Notes: generated by a model from the sequence alone, not told the origin. Shown: positions 1 to 12,859, counted from the first letter of the stretch. The stretch is DNA of 64,000 bases from Azolla caroliniana (GCA_043228905.1 JBHGNT010000010.1:5952001-6016000), one strand, 5' to 3'. Numbers and translations are program-made.

Positions 1-1421
1 AGTGACATCATTAATTTTTTCGATAATACGGAAAGGACCTAATCGCCGATAATCCAACTTCTCACATGGGCGAGTAGTCTTGATGTGTCGTCATAGTAGC
101 CATACCTGATCTCCAATGTGAAAACTGGATGGAAGCCGATGACAATCCGCGTAAACCTTGTGTGTTTGTTGAGCTTGTTGTAGATGAGTAGATAAATCCG
201 CTTGTATCTTGTGTAACCGCTCCAAACGATCCTCTACACAAGGATTTGTGGGCAATTCTAGGGTTTCAAATATACACCACCGGGGGTGACAACCCGTATA
301 AGCATAAATGGTGTAACTTTTGTCGATGACTGGACAGAGTTATTATACGCAAATTCGGCGAAGTGGAGAATATCCACCCAGTCATCTTGATGATAGCTTA
401 GCAAGCACCAAAGATATTGCTCCAACGTTTGATTTGTTCGTTCTGCTTGGCCATCTGTTTGTGGGTGGTAGCCGAAGGAGAGGTTACAAGTGACCTTGAG
501 CATTTTAAAGAGGTGCTTCCAGAATTTCGAGACGAACTGGGGTCCACGGTCGCTGATGATACTATCGGAAAGGCCATGATGCCGACATACTTCACGCATG
601 ACAGTTTCGTCGATTTCCTCACTGGAGATTTCCTTAGTACATGGCAGGAAATGGGCCATCTTCGTATATCGATCTACTACTGTTAAGATCGCATCAAATC
701 CCTTAGAGACCGGAAGATCTGTGATGACATCTAGAGCAATGGATTGTCACAGCTTGCTTGGAATTGTTAATGGTTCTAATAAACCATATGGATGATGCCT
801 TGTCATTTTTGCTCTACAACATGTATCACAAGTCCGAACAAAATCTTCGACAAATTGTCGCATATGGGACCACCAGAATGATTGTTGTACTAAATCTAAT
901 GTTTTAGCACTACCAAAATGGCCAACTGTATATGTGTCATGACAGTTTTGGACTACTCGAAGGCGACAAGAACCATTAGGAACATACAAGAGAACCATTA
1001 GGAACATACAAGAATGATTGTTGTACTAAATCTTATGTTTTAGCACTACCAAAATGGCCAACTGTATATGTGTCATGACATTTGAATTGTCGATAGTTCG
1101 TACCTAGTTGTTGCGATTGTGAACAAGATGCTCGAGAGGGATCAATTTGTGCTAGAATGGCTTGGGCGAAAGCTTCTGTCTTCAAGTCCTCACTTATGGT
1201 ATCGATAACGTGAGAATCCAAGGGCATACCGAAGACGTGCGTTGCTTGCGGTCGTGTCGGTCCCTGGATTACTTGCTTTTGGTTATCGAAAGCTGGCTCA
1301 CAAGGACGCGGTGCTATATGAGCGCCGTGATAATGCATCTGCCTTCCCTTGTTGCTTCCCCGGATGATATGTAATTTTGAAGTCAAAACGAGTGCGGAAT
1401 TGGGCCCACCGAGCTTGACAT

Positions 1422-2501
1422 TGTCGTGAAGATCCGTCACTACGTGCGGATCGTGAGGCGGAACCGCCGGGGTTCTGGATCGGAAGGATTCGAAGTTTGC
1501 ACTAGCTTTCACGAGAAAGTATTCAAGATAGATTAAAAGAGAGAGAGATTGAGATAAGATAGAACGCTTGACTTTAGATTTGAGGAACAAGACATATCAT
1601 CAATTGGATAATGAATTTTCTTCTTAATATTAATTTTGATATAAAGTACAAAGCTTGCTTGATTAATACATAGCCGGTTTTTCCTCTCCATCCACTTTTT
1701 TATAGATGCCCCCATGCACATGATGTCTATGAGGGTGCAAGACATGCATGAGATGCATGTTTGCCATTTGGCGCTCGTGTATTACATGTGTTACATGATA
1801 ACCATGTCACTCATTCAAGCTCTCATGTATGAGAATTTACATATAAAATGATCAAAATAAAGCTTTTGAAGATATGGCGTGGCTTAGTGGTAAGCCTATT
1901 GACTTTCAACTTGGAGGTGCAAGGGTCAAGCCTTGCTCACATCCCTTTTAAAACACAAAATACTACTAGGCTTTTGGTCTTGTATTTACACCGAAAATCT
2001 TCAAAACACCATGCACCACAATCAACCGACCGATCTATCTGTCCCAATCGGTTCAATCCAATCCTGATCTGATCCTATCCGTCGTCGTCTCGTCGCCTCC
2101 GTCCGGTCGCCGTCCAGTTCCAATCGGCCAAAACATTTACAAGTAGTTAGGCCACACCCATTCATCCGATTAGTTTAGCTCCAATCACCTTGAACGTTCT
2201 ATGATCCACTCATAGACACAAAGTAGTTTTGTCCTGTCTATGTGGGATATCTCGTAGTTTTGTTTTTTCTTTTCTTCTTCACAAACTTCATACCCACATA
2301 ACTTACCACTTAGTTGTCTGTTTCTTATATGGTAAAGTGTATTCGAAAGCTCTTGAAGACCTCCATCTTTTTGTACCAAGATATTAAACTAATATAAAAT
2401 AGTATCTTCACTATTATTTTTTTATGTTGAGTGTGAAGAACCACACTCAATTTTGTACATTCCATGTAGTTTTCTCACTGTTGCCAAAAATCTTCATGAC
2501 G
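1422..2501 (-). mobile_element. TGTCG..CGACA family element A (solo-LTR-like), inserted in the Gypsy RNase H C-terminus
   Basis: Termini TGTCGTGAAGA / TCTTCATGACG; flanks ACAT (1418-1421) and ACGT (2502-2505). Removing it restores N-R-R-Q-A-R-W of pol. Confidence 0.85.
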
Positions 2502-5500
2502 ACGTCGATTTAACACATGAGCATTTTGAAAGTAGGCAAGGTTTTTGTGATCACTGAATACAGTGACTTGATGAGAAGATCCCTCTAGAAAATGCCCCCA
2601 TTGCTTAAAAGAGTCCATTATTGCTAATAACTCTTTATCATGAATTTCATAATTGATTTCGGCGGCGTTAAACTTGCGTGAGTGGAAAGCCACAGGATGT
2701 AGCTTTTCATCATCGCCTTGTTGTGGCAGAATGCTACCCAAGGCGAAATCTAATGCGTCTGCTTCGATGATGAATGGTTTTCCCGTATCAACATAAGCTA
2801 GAATAGGAGTTGAAGTAAATGCCTTCTTAAGGCTCTCAAAAGCCATGTCTGCTTCTTCAGACCAAACGAACGATTGTCCCTTCCTAGTAAGTTGTGTGAG
2901 AGGAAGAACAAGCTTTGAGTAATCCTGTATAAACTTGCGGTAGAAATTGGCAAAGCCTAAAAAGCATTGCACATCTCGCAACGAGCACGGAGTTTGCCAC
3001 TCTACCACCGTTTTTACCTTAGCTGGATCCATGGAGATGCCTTCCGAGGAAATGACATAGCCCAGAAATTCTACCTAGTTGCACTCGAAACGACATTTTT
3101 CCAGTTTTGCATAAAGACCATGTTCTCGAAGTCCTTTTAGTACTAACAATACATGAGAATCATGCTCTTCTTGGGTCTTCGAATAAACCAGTCGATAATC
3201 AAAATAGATGATCAAACAAACATCCAAGAGATCTCGGAATATATCATTTGCCATGTGCTTGAAGACTGTTGGCGCATTAGTGAGGCCGAATAGCATGACC
3301 GTATACTCGAAGTGCCCATATCTGGTGCGAAATAGAGTCTTCCATTCATCTCCTGGTCGGATCCGTACGAGGTTATATGCTCCTTGTAAGTCAATCTTTG
3401 TGAAGAACCTTGCACATTTGATCCATTCTAAAAGACTTGAGGTAAGGGGAAGTGCATACCTATTCTTGATGGTGACTTTATTCAAACCACGGTAATCTAC
3501 GACGAGATGAAGTGATCCATCATTTTTCTTGACGAAGAAAATGGGTGTGCCGGATGTGAAACCATTTGCCAAATTCTCCTCTATATAGGCTCAAAGGACT
3601 TCTAGCTTGGTTGGTGACAAATTGTAGATCGGTCCCCATGGTGGCTCTTTTCCTGGTTGTAAATCGATGGCACAATCATACGGTCGATGGTGAGGAAGCA
3701 TATTGGCTTGTACTTATCGAACACATCGACATAATGACGATACTTCTCTGGAAGTTGAATGGTGGACTCCTCTTTAGTGGTGTTGGAGGGTTTTACTAAT
3801 ACTGCGAAGAGAAACATTTCTTCTTTGCGTCCTTCCTCACGCAACTGATGTAGCGAAATGGTTGCAATCTTATGAGTAGATCGTCGGGTTTGTCGATACC
3901 GGATTTCTCTTGTTCTCCAATCTATGTCTAGTTTATGTAATTCGAACCATGATAATCCCAAAATAATGGGATGTTCTGGGATACTAATTATATTAAAGGA
4001 TACTACACACGTTAAATTATCTAGGACAATATTAATAGGCTCTGACTCTTCTATGATATTTCTAAAAGCAATGGGACGACCATCAATGACTACTACAGAG
4101 GTTGGACACGGGAGTTTTCTTAGGGATATCTGATGAGCTTGGGCAAAATTCCTATCCATGAAGCAAGAATTAGCTCCGGAATCTATGAGTGCTAAGACAT
4201 GTACTAGAGAGGTACTTTTAGTACTAACTATTACTTGGGCTAAGAACACATTGGAACCACTAATGGGCTGCACAAATCTAGGGTTGTTCAACCAAACGGC
4301 TCCTATTTTGGCTGGACTTAGTCGTTTAACTCTTCTTCTAACTGACTAAGGACATCAAATTTGTTTGATAGATTTGGGCTATTAGTAGGACTATCAAATA
4401 TTCCTATTGAAATAGACTCAAGTTTAGTACAATTAGAACTAGCAACTATTTGGTTTACCTGTCTTCTTGTCCTTTTGGGACAATTCACTACAATATGCCC
4501 TGGTCCACCACAATAAAGACATAGTCGATTTGCTCGGTGTCACTGCTTTTCTTCTTCCAGTAATGGTCCACGACGACGTGTAGTGTCAATTTCCATCGGA
4601 GTTGGAGTATTCACTAGAGACGCATTATATGACTTCCTTGGAAAAGGTTTTGCTACCACTGAGGCATAGGTGGGCTCTGATCTTGCCCTTGGCATCTAGA
4701 ACAGACGTTCCGAATGTCGTTCGAAAAGACGGTTTTCGCATCTCACCGCGCGACTGTTTACTTCTTTCAATGACTTTGGTTCTTCGGGGAAGGTTAGGAG
4801 TAAATCCTTAACATCGTTACGTAGACTATAACGAAATTGCTCCATTAGTGCTTGTTCATCCCAAGGGATATCAGAGGCGAGTAGGCGGAAATCTGCAACG
4901 TATGCAGAGGCGAGACAATCACCTTGACGTAATCGTCGGATTTTGTTGATTGTTGTCCTTATGCTGTCAGTATCTCCAAAATAGGCTTTAAACTCGCTTA
5001 AAAACTCTTCAAAATTATTTAGTAAAGGAGATTCCTTTTCTAACAACGGAGCGAACCATGCCAAAGTTGAACCACTTAACAATGTGCCTACTAAACCCAC
5101 TCGTGATGCATCGGTGGGATATCGGGAAGGATGCATTTGAATGACTAATCGAACTTGATTAAGGAATCCTCTAAACTGCGATCGCGTTCCATCGAATTTC
5201 ATGGGAAGGCCGATCTTGGGTTCTTTATGAATCCCTTGCGTACTGGGTCCTTATTGTTGCATCACTACTATGGTTGCTTCGAGCTGTTGCACGCGTAACG
5301 CTAGTTCCCCATGTTGTTGTTGTGTCTACTGCTTCTCTAAAGAGATTTATTGAAGCTCCCCCAATAGTCGTTGATTTTCTTGTTCCAATGCGAGAAACTT
5401 CTCTTTCAACCATTGCAACTCCGAGAAAACGGATTGATATTCTTGAGCTCTAACAGTGACCATAGTATGAGAGAAAAGAAGAATAAGAGATTAGTATGAA

Positions 5501-5558
5501 GGGAGCGAGAAGTAAGAAGATAAGGAAGAGACAGAGGGAGACCAAAATCGGTTCAAAC

Positions 5559-5664
5559 TGTCAGGAACAGTACTAAGACATAGAAGGAATTAGTACTAAA
5601 AGATGAGGATTAGTACTAAGGAAGGTGTAGAACTCTCGAGAGAAGGCAAGAGTGAGTGAGAGAT

Positions 5665-5711
<47 letters not shown>

Positions 5712-5932
5712 TGATAACAAAAGATATATATTATGTTAAGAGAATATACAATAGTACCTAGGAGGCTTAAGACTGGCGTTTAACTTATTTGGTTCAAAAT
5801 AATGCCTTGTGCCTCCTTTTGTAGTGTTCTCAGGAGTACTCCTGAAGTTTCTAGAATGCTCGAGAGAAATCTGGAATATACATCAATTTTCTATAGTAAA
5901 ACTTAAATGAAAATAATATTTTTCGTATTACA
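5559..5932 (-). repeat. 5' LTR of the Gypsy element
   Basis: Begins TGTCAGG at 5559 and ends ...TTACA at 5932 (TG..CA), contains a (GA)n tract, lies just upstream of gag. Confidence 0.65.
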
Positions 5933-5933
5933 A

Positions 5934-6004
5934 CATATAGTCTAATGGTCAAGAGCTCGACCCATGTAACATAAGGTCATGGGTTCGAGTCTTTCCATAG
6001 GCAT
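5934..6004 (+). repeat. tRNA-derived SINE-like head
   Basis: A-box-like TAGTCTAATGG and B-box-like GGTTCGAGTC at tRNA-like spacing; no convincing acceptor stem. Confidence 0.5.
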
Positions 6005-7883
6005 CCTTTGACATGAAGGATCTTCGAGACCTTCTTTGGGAAGGCATACTGATTAGTCAACGCCACTATGTGTTGAGTATGCTCTTCAACTTTGGTATGA
6101 CAGAGTGCAAGTCCGTCTCAACTCCTCTACATAGGAATGTGATGCTACGCCCCGACTCCGGAACGACATGCGACCCGAAAAGGTTTCGACAAATAGTCGA
6201 AAGCCTCATCTATCTGACCATCACCCGACCGGACCGCAACTATCCAATTGGACTGATTAGTCAATTTATGGTGGAGCACCTTCAATGCGTGCACCGAATC
6301 CTCAGGTACGTCAACGGCACTAAGGAAAGGGGGTTGTTGTATCGGAACGGTGTAGCCGGACAGCTTGTCCGCCACATGGATGTCGATTGGGCCGGAAATG
6401 CTGGTGACCGTAGGTCTACATCCATATATGCGTTTTCACTTGGAAGCTTCACGGTTTCCTAGAGCAATAAGAAGCAGCCGATGGTGCCACTGTTGAGCAG
6501 CAAGGTCGAGTACCGAGGAGCGCATGTTGCGACATGCGAAGCCATGTGGCTCAAGAGACTTCTAAAGCATCTGTAGTTGGAGGTGTCCAATCCAACGATG
6601 ATCTACTATGACAACCTCAATAGCATCCAGTTGGCGAGGAACCCCGTTTTTCACTCCCGGACCAAGCACATTGAGGTGCACTACCATTTTGTTTGTGAGC
6701 ATGTCCTCTCCGGTGAAGCCGAATTTGTGTATGTTCCGATGGATCAGCAGACTGCCGACATCTTCACCAAACCTCTCGGCCTGGACAAGTTGTAGCTTTG
6801 TTCGAAGATGCTTGGTCTTCAGCATCTCAACATGTTGCACTTGAGGGGAAGAATGGAGGAAACCGGAACGGGAATTGGGAAAATAGGTAATGGCACCGGA
6901 CAAAGAGCCGGAGAGACAAGGGGAGACAAGAAGAAGAAGGAAGCCGAGTCGACTAAAGAAGTTGGCACGTACGAACAAGTCAGAACAAGCGGTGACGGTG
7001 GCAAAGTCAAGAAGGACAGAGCTGACCGAAAGGAGAAGGCCAAGACCCGAGCGTGGTCCGATGTGGTGAAGGGCTTGAAGATTGAGGACGAATTGGAGAC
7101 ATCCAATTCATACAAGAGCTGGAACGAATCAGAGTCACCCGATTCGGAAGAGGTGCTTGATTCGGAGGAGCCGAATCAACTGAAGACCAAACAGATGAGG
7201 AGGCAGTGGAAGTCGACACCAACACGGGGGAACCGACGGGTCGAGACAGGCCTTATGAGCACACGAGCCGACCGAGAAGGTCGAGATGTGCGGGACCGGA
7301 TGGGTCAAGGAGCGTGAGCAAGGTGTGAAGACGCTAGGAGGAGCCGAAGGAGAGGACCGGTGGACACATAGTGATCCGACCTCAAGTTGAGCTTGAGGGG
7401 GAGTGTTGAGTGGGCAAGCTCAACTGGATCCGTATTGCCTGAATAAGCAAAAGAGGGATCGGTATCCGGAACGGAGAATCGGATAGGTGTCCGGATATAT
7501 CAGTATCCAGAACCTAGAGCCGGACCGGAGAACCGTATCGTACACTGGAATAGTGAGAACCGGTAGGCCGTTGGAGCCTACGGTCCGAGCCTAGTATGTA
7601 GGCATATTCCTTGGAGTTAGTGTCTGTCGCTCGTATGAGCATTGAAGTACATGTCAGTACTTTTGTCAATCTTATTAAGGACTTGTATAAAAAATGTTCT
7701 GTAGGACATTTGTATACATAGAGTATTATTATTTTGAATTGAGTTCTGTTCTGCTCTCTCTCTGTCTCTCCCGTGTACTCAAGCTTTCCATTAAACCTTC
7801 ATTCTCTGTTTTACTATTGTTATCCGGCTGAGCCGATTTGTCTACAAGATTCTGCACGCTATTCTTTTTATACTGACACTACA
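6005..7883 (+). mobile_element. 3' part of a Ty1/Copia element (RT end, RNase H, extension, PPT, 3' LTR ~7404-7883)
   Basis: YLTITRPD, DVDWAG..DRRST, NPVFHSRTKHIEVHYHF, ADIFTKPL; PPT GAGGGGGAG directly before TGTTG at 7404; LTR probably ends ...CTACA at 7883. Confidence 0.88.
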
Positions 7884-8038
7884 ATAGAGATGAGTCGATT
7901 CTTCTTCAACGTCGGCGTAGAGCACAACACACGCGGATGGGCTAGATCGAGCTACCAATGCACTCTAATACCATGTAAAGAATTGATAGTATGATTATGT
8001 GCAATGGAATAGGTTAGAGATGTGTGTTGTGTGTGTGC

Positions 8039-8082
<44 letters not shown>

Positions 8083-8200
8083 GAGAGAAACACAATATAG
8101 ATGAAAATAGAATACTTACAAAAATTGTCTATTACAAAGTCATCAACTCTTGAATTTTCATATATACTTTGTGGCTAAAGAAGAAGTAGAATATGTCGTC
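7884..8200 (-). mobile_element. Copia 5' remnant (PBS plus LTR fragment)
   Basis: CTCTAATACCA (~7963-7973) is the reverse of a tRNA-Met PBS (TGGTATTAGAG) and abuts TGTAAAG at 7974; a (GT)n(GA)n tract follows. Right boundary uncertain. Confidence 0.5.
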
Positions 8201-8249
8201 AGTGATTAAATGTATAATTAGTTAAACCAAGATGATTTCTAAAAATACT

Positions 8250-8828
8250 TACTTTTGGAATTTTGTGACCATCTCATCTAACGAAAACTCTTTTACAGCC
8301 ACTTGAGAAAGCATAGATATTAACAATCTGTCGTCCTTGATTCCTTGTAGCAACCGCCATGGCAAGAGTGTCATATTTTCAAGTAACTCTTCAATAATCA
8401 AGTCACTCTTTCGTGACTTTGTCGTTATCTCTACCTGAGCGTCTAATTTGGCCTTCTTCACCCGTTGACCTTTTATTTCTTTACGCGCCCACATCGAAAA
8501 GATTTTGTCTTGTAAGTCCTAGACCTCGCCAGTTCAAAATGCTAGTTGAAACCACAAATTGTACTTTCTTAAGCCTTCCGATTTCGTGCTTTCGTCGCCA
8601 GCTATCCCAACTTCAAGCAAACATTGTCAACGCAAACCAGGATGGAGCTTGGGATCATATCTTTTCAACATATATGGATATTCATAATCAAAGAATCGAA
8701 TTCTTTCAATACATGACATCTTCTGTCAATAATCGTTGTCATTGTTATGGACCCAAGCCAAAAACTTGGCCGCCTCATGCGTAAGTCCGATGTAAACTTT
8801 GCACTCAATATACTCAAAGAATGGTGTT
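8250..8828 (-). pseudogene. Decayed exon of an unidentified, possibly ParB-like transposon protein
   Basis: About 190 codons in one frame with 4 in-frame stops (3 TGA, 1 TAG), ending at a GTAAGT donor near 8250; contains VYIGLTHEAAKFLAWVHNND. Confidence 0.5.
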
Positions 8829-9905
8829 ATCACTGTGTAGAAACGTCGTCATGACATCCAGTTGTTCGACTTCGAGATCATGATGGCCGTGATGCTCAAC
8901 ACGGTTCGGATTGACATCATCTTTACGACCGGAGAAAATATTTCATTGAAATCGACACCCTTCTTTTGTTGAAAGCCTTTCACGATGATCCGTGCTTTGT
9001 ACCTGGTGGATTCCCGACATCTCTCGGTTTCAACTTGTATACCCATTTATTCCGAAGTGCCTTCTTTTCCACTTGGTAGTTCGGTCAATTCATATGTGTG
9101 GTTCTCATGCAAGGAATCTGTCTCCTCTTGCATGGCACTCAACCACTTTCAGCTGTGGGTATCTTCTTTAGCTTCTTCAAAGATTTCCCGCTCCCCCTCA
9201 TCGGTTAGCAGTACACGCTCTTCATCTGGAAATCTTCGGGGGGGGGCCTCCTTTCTCTTAGGGGGTTTCTTCGGCCTCCATTCGGCACGATTGATTCTTC
9301 TTCAAATTTTTGGCCGAGTCGAATTTGGTTCCTTGTTCGGCCGTTACCCCTCGTTCTTCGGTCAGTTCTCCATTTTTCCAAGTATTAAATCGACCGACTG
9401 GCTTGCATTCGATTTCGATTGATTCGGTAGTTGGAGACTTATTCTCAATCTCCCAGTCGACTATTATCTTTTCCTCCATGAAGACAATGTCATGGCTCCT
9501 AATCACTTTCTTCTCGGCTAAGTCCCATAGCCGATAGCCAAATTCCTCATTGTCTGGCCAAGATTTCGGTCTAGTTTTCCCCTTTGGTCTTTTGCCACAT
9601 GCACATATGCAAGACAGTTGAACACCCTCATATGTCGATACGAAACGTCTTTGCCGCTCAACACCCTTTGTGGGATATCACCATCCACGGGTACTGAGGG
9701 TGATCGGTTTATCACATACGTTGCCATCATCAACGACTCAGCCCAAAACGTCTTCAGTAACTTAGCATGTGCAAGCATACTTTAGACCCTTTCCATTACG
9801 GCATGGTTCATTCTCTCGGTCAGTCCATTAAGCTATGTCATCTTTGGCACGGTATACTCGAGCCGGATTCCTTGATTTCGGCAGTATTCCTCGAACGGTC
9901 CACGG

Positions 9906-10500
9906 TGTCGTCAAGATTTTCGGCAACGGTGTGAAAATTGTGTGCAACGAATGAAATCGAGAAGGTGCAATGTTCATGTGAGAAAGGGGTGAAGGCCACA
10001 CACATATGCTAGCATGTTGTAAATAGGACTGAAATGAAAATTGTAAAAGGAAAGCTAGATGTAAAGTTAAACATGTGCACGTGTGATGTGCGCTCAATTG
10101 TAAATATAAAAATAAGACTAAAGCCTAGTAACATTTAAGTGCATACATAAGGGTTCAAGCCTTGGCAAGGCTTGAACGTTGCACCTCCAAGATAGGAGAC
10201 AAATTAACTTACCACTAAAGCTACTACTAAGTGTTTTAGAATTTGTACATTTTCTTTTCATATTTAGTATTTTGTAGGAAGTAAACATATAGAAACCGTG
10301 GGCACAAAACCATGGTTTTAGCCCGTGGGTTTAGACCATGGTTTTTGCATGGAGAGACCTATAAAAGCCTATAGTTAGGCTTGTGTAAGGAGGCAAGTGA
10401 TGTAAGTAAAAAAAAGAAACTTTTAATCAAAGATCAGAGTTATCCTAATGGTGATGTATCTTGTCTCGTAAAACTAAAGTCAAGGGTTTAATCTCTATCT

Positions 10501-10540
<40 letters not shown>

Positions 10541-10658
10541 ATCCATCTATCTATCTTCAATACTTTCTTGCTTATGCTGCTAAAAACATTGAATCCTTCC
10601 GGTCCAGGACCCTAGTGGTCCCGCTTCATTTTACGAACACGCGAGGATTTCCTTGACA
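9906..10658 (+). mobile_element. TGTCG..CGACA family element B, inserted in the Copia integrase
   Basis: TGTCGTCAAGATTTTCGGCAACGG ... CCTTGACA; flanks ACGG/ATGG. Removal restores DNGGEY-R-GPFEEYC. Clear homology to element A in opposite orientation. Confidence 0.87.
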
Positions 10659-12859
10659 ATGGTACTCTCCGCCATTATCCGCTCAGACTACCTTCAGTTT
10701 TTGACTGGTTTCTCTCTCGGCCCTCACTTGGAACTCTTTGAAGATGGATAACAATTGATCCTTTGTCTTCAACATGGAAGCCCATAACTTCCAGTTATAG
10801 TCATCAATGAAGGTCACGAAATACTGTGAACCACCATACGACTTCGTGTCCACATAGCAAATGTTCGTATGACGAGTTCCAACAGCATTTTCTTCCTCAT
10901 CTGGGGCCTCGTTCGGAAGGATGTTTGATTCTGTTTACCGGCCAAGCAATCAGTGCACTTCTCAAGTTGCACGTTCTTCACCTCCAGAATGAGGTTGTCC
11001 TCGGCAAGCTTTCGCATCCCCTTCTGGCTCATATGGCACAACCCCATGTGCCACAGTTCATCGACCGTATCGGTTGCCATGTTTGCTTCCCCTCGGCATA
11101 TTCGAGCATTCATTATGTACAGTGTGTTGGTTTTCCGGGCTCGAGCAACGATCATACTTCCCTTGCAGAACTTCATGACGTCGTTCCAGATGCTACCCGT
11201 GTAGCCTTCATCATCCAGCCAACTGGCTTATATCAAGTTCAATCAAACTTTCGGAACATGCCGAACATCTCTCAACACCAGTCTGCACCCGGTCGATGTC
11301 ATCAGACACACATCTCCAATGCCAACAATTCGGCATGCTCCTTCATTTCCCATCTTTACAGATCCGAGGTCTCCGACTCTGTAGGATGAGAAGCACTTTC
11401 AGTCAGGGGTTAGATGAAACGATGCACCCGAATCGACCACCCATGTCGATTCTTCGCCTACGAAATTCACTTCATTTTGCTCACAAATGAGCAACAACTC
11501 CTCCTCACTCGCGGCAATTGCTGAGGTGTTCTTCCTGTTCGGGATTTTCTTCGGCTCTACACCACTAGCTCCCCCTTTCTGCTTTTGAAAGTGTCGGCAG
11601 TTTTTTTGGAAGTACCCCGGCTTCCCATAGCAGAAGCACGTGGGTCTCCCCCTCGACTTCAACCTAGTCCCGGACTTATCTCAGTTCTAGGGACTTTGAT
11701 TTCAGCTTCTTCCCTTAATCATGTCACCTTCCATGACTAAGGCCTTCTGGTCGGTATTGGACTCTCGGTCCTTCCGGTGAGCTTCTTCGTTTAGCAAGCT
11801 TGACTTCACCTGCTCTAGGAATATGTGTTTCCCTTCCGATCCAGCATTACCCAACGTGACAACCAGCGTTTCCCAACTATCCGAAAGGGATCCCGGCAAC
11901 AACAATGCTAATGCCTCATCAGTCAAAGGTACTTCTAGAGAGCTGGTTTGGTTCATCAATCCTTGGAATGCATTGATGTGCTCCACCCTACTGCAGCCAT
12001 CATGATACCGAAGCCTCACAATTTTTCGAAATACTAAGACTCAGTTCACGGCATTCTTGTTTTCGAACATGATGTCGATCTTCTTCCATAGGACATCTGC
12101 TTCTGTTTTTTCGCCAGAGTTGTTGTATAGACTCATGTCTATAAAACACCTTATATATGTGACCACCTTCAGATGCAACACTTCCCAAGTCATTGCATCG
12201 ATATTGTCTGGTCTTTTATCTCTGAACTGCACCAGTAGCCAAAGGTCTTTCACACGAGCATGTCTCTCATCTTCGACTTCCACACTGAGTAGTTGGAACC
12301 GGTTAGCTTAAACATGCCACCGAATGAGTCTTCCATCACTCTGATACCACTTTGTTAGGAATCGACCATCTACAACCGGTTACATGTTCATATTCGTGTG
12401 CAAAAACCAAGAACTAGTACACAAATAGAAAAACATGAAGACACAAAGACACCGATATTTTACGTGGAAAACCCGAAATGGGAAAAACCACGGGGGTCTG
12501 CAAACCCTGAGAGAACAAATCACTATAGTAGAGAGGAAGTACAAATACAAAACTCGGAGGCAATGGCCTCAAGTTCTCCTTCGTTTGACAGATGGCTACG
12601 GAGTTACACTCTCACTCTCTCACTCACGGTTATAGAGGCAACTACCTCGTTCTAACTTTACAATAATGATCAACAACTATTTACTAAAGTTTGCCCTAGT
12701 TTCTTATAAACAAAAGCAACTTTCTGGCTTTTTACAAGTATAGCCCCCAAGAGACATTTTAGACTCTCTTTTTTTCCTAAAAAGATATGCCAGCATTTTA
12801 GACTATTTACAATTATAGTCTTTCGAAACGATTTCGGATTCGGCCTCAGCCGAGTTACT

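Larger units (their letters stand above)
1..5932 (-). mobile_element. Decayed Ty3/Gypsy LTR retrotransposon (sushi/Tcn1-like chromovirus type); 3' end lies beyond the window start
   Basis: Domain order on the minus strand: gag (KFDGTRSQFRGFLNQVRL, 4696-5202; CCHC knuckle LCLYCGGPGHIVVNC ~4480-4525), protease LIDSGA (3602-4291), RT (LVVDYRGLN, FTKIDLQGAY; 3075-3572), RNase H (2475-3032), integrase (H..GH, CDTC, IISDRGPQF, HPQTDGQAER; 258-1007). Many frameshifts and stops. Confidence 0.93.

Noticed and set aside
1033-1590. 185-aa ORF as a novel gene
   Set aside because: Chimeric read-through from element A into out-of-frame and in-frame Gypsy pol.
5549-5800. GGTTCAAA match between the post-LTR site and the LTR as proof of self-priming
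   Set aside because: The two copies are direct, not complementary, so they do not show Tf1-style pairing.
1876-6004. tRNA-like segments as functional tRNA genes
   Set aside because: Acceptor and anticodon stems do not pair convincingly; they are embedded in TE sequence.
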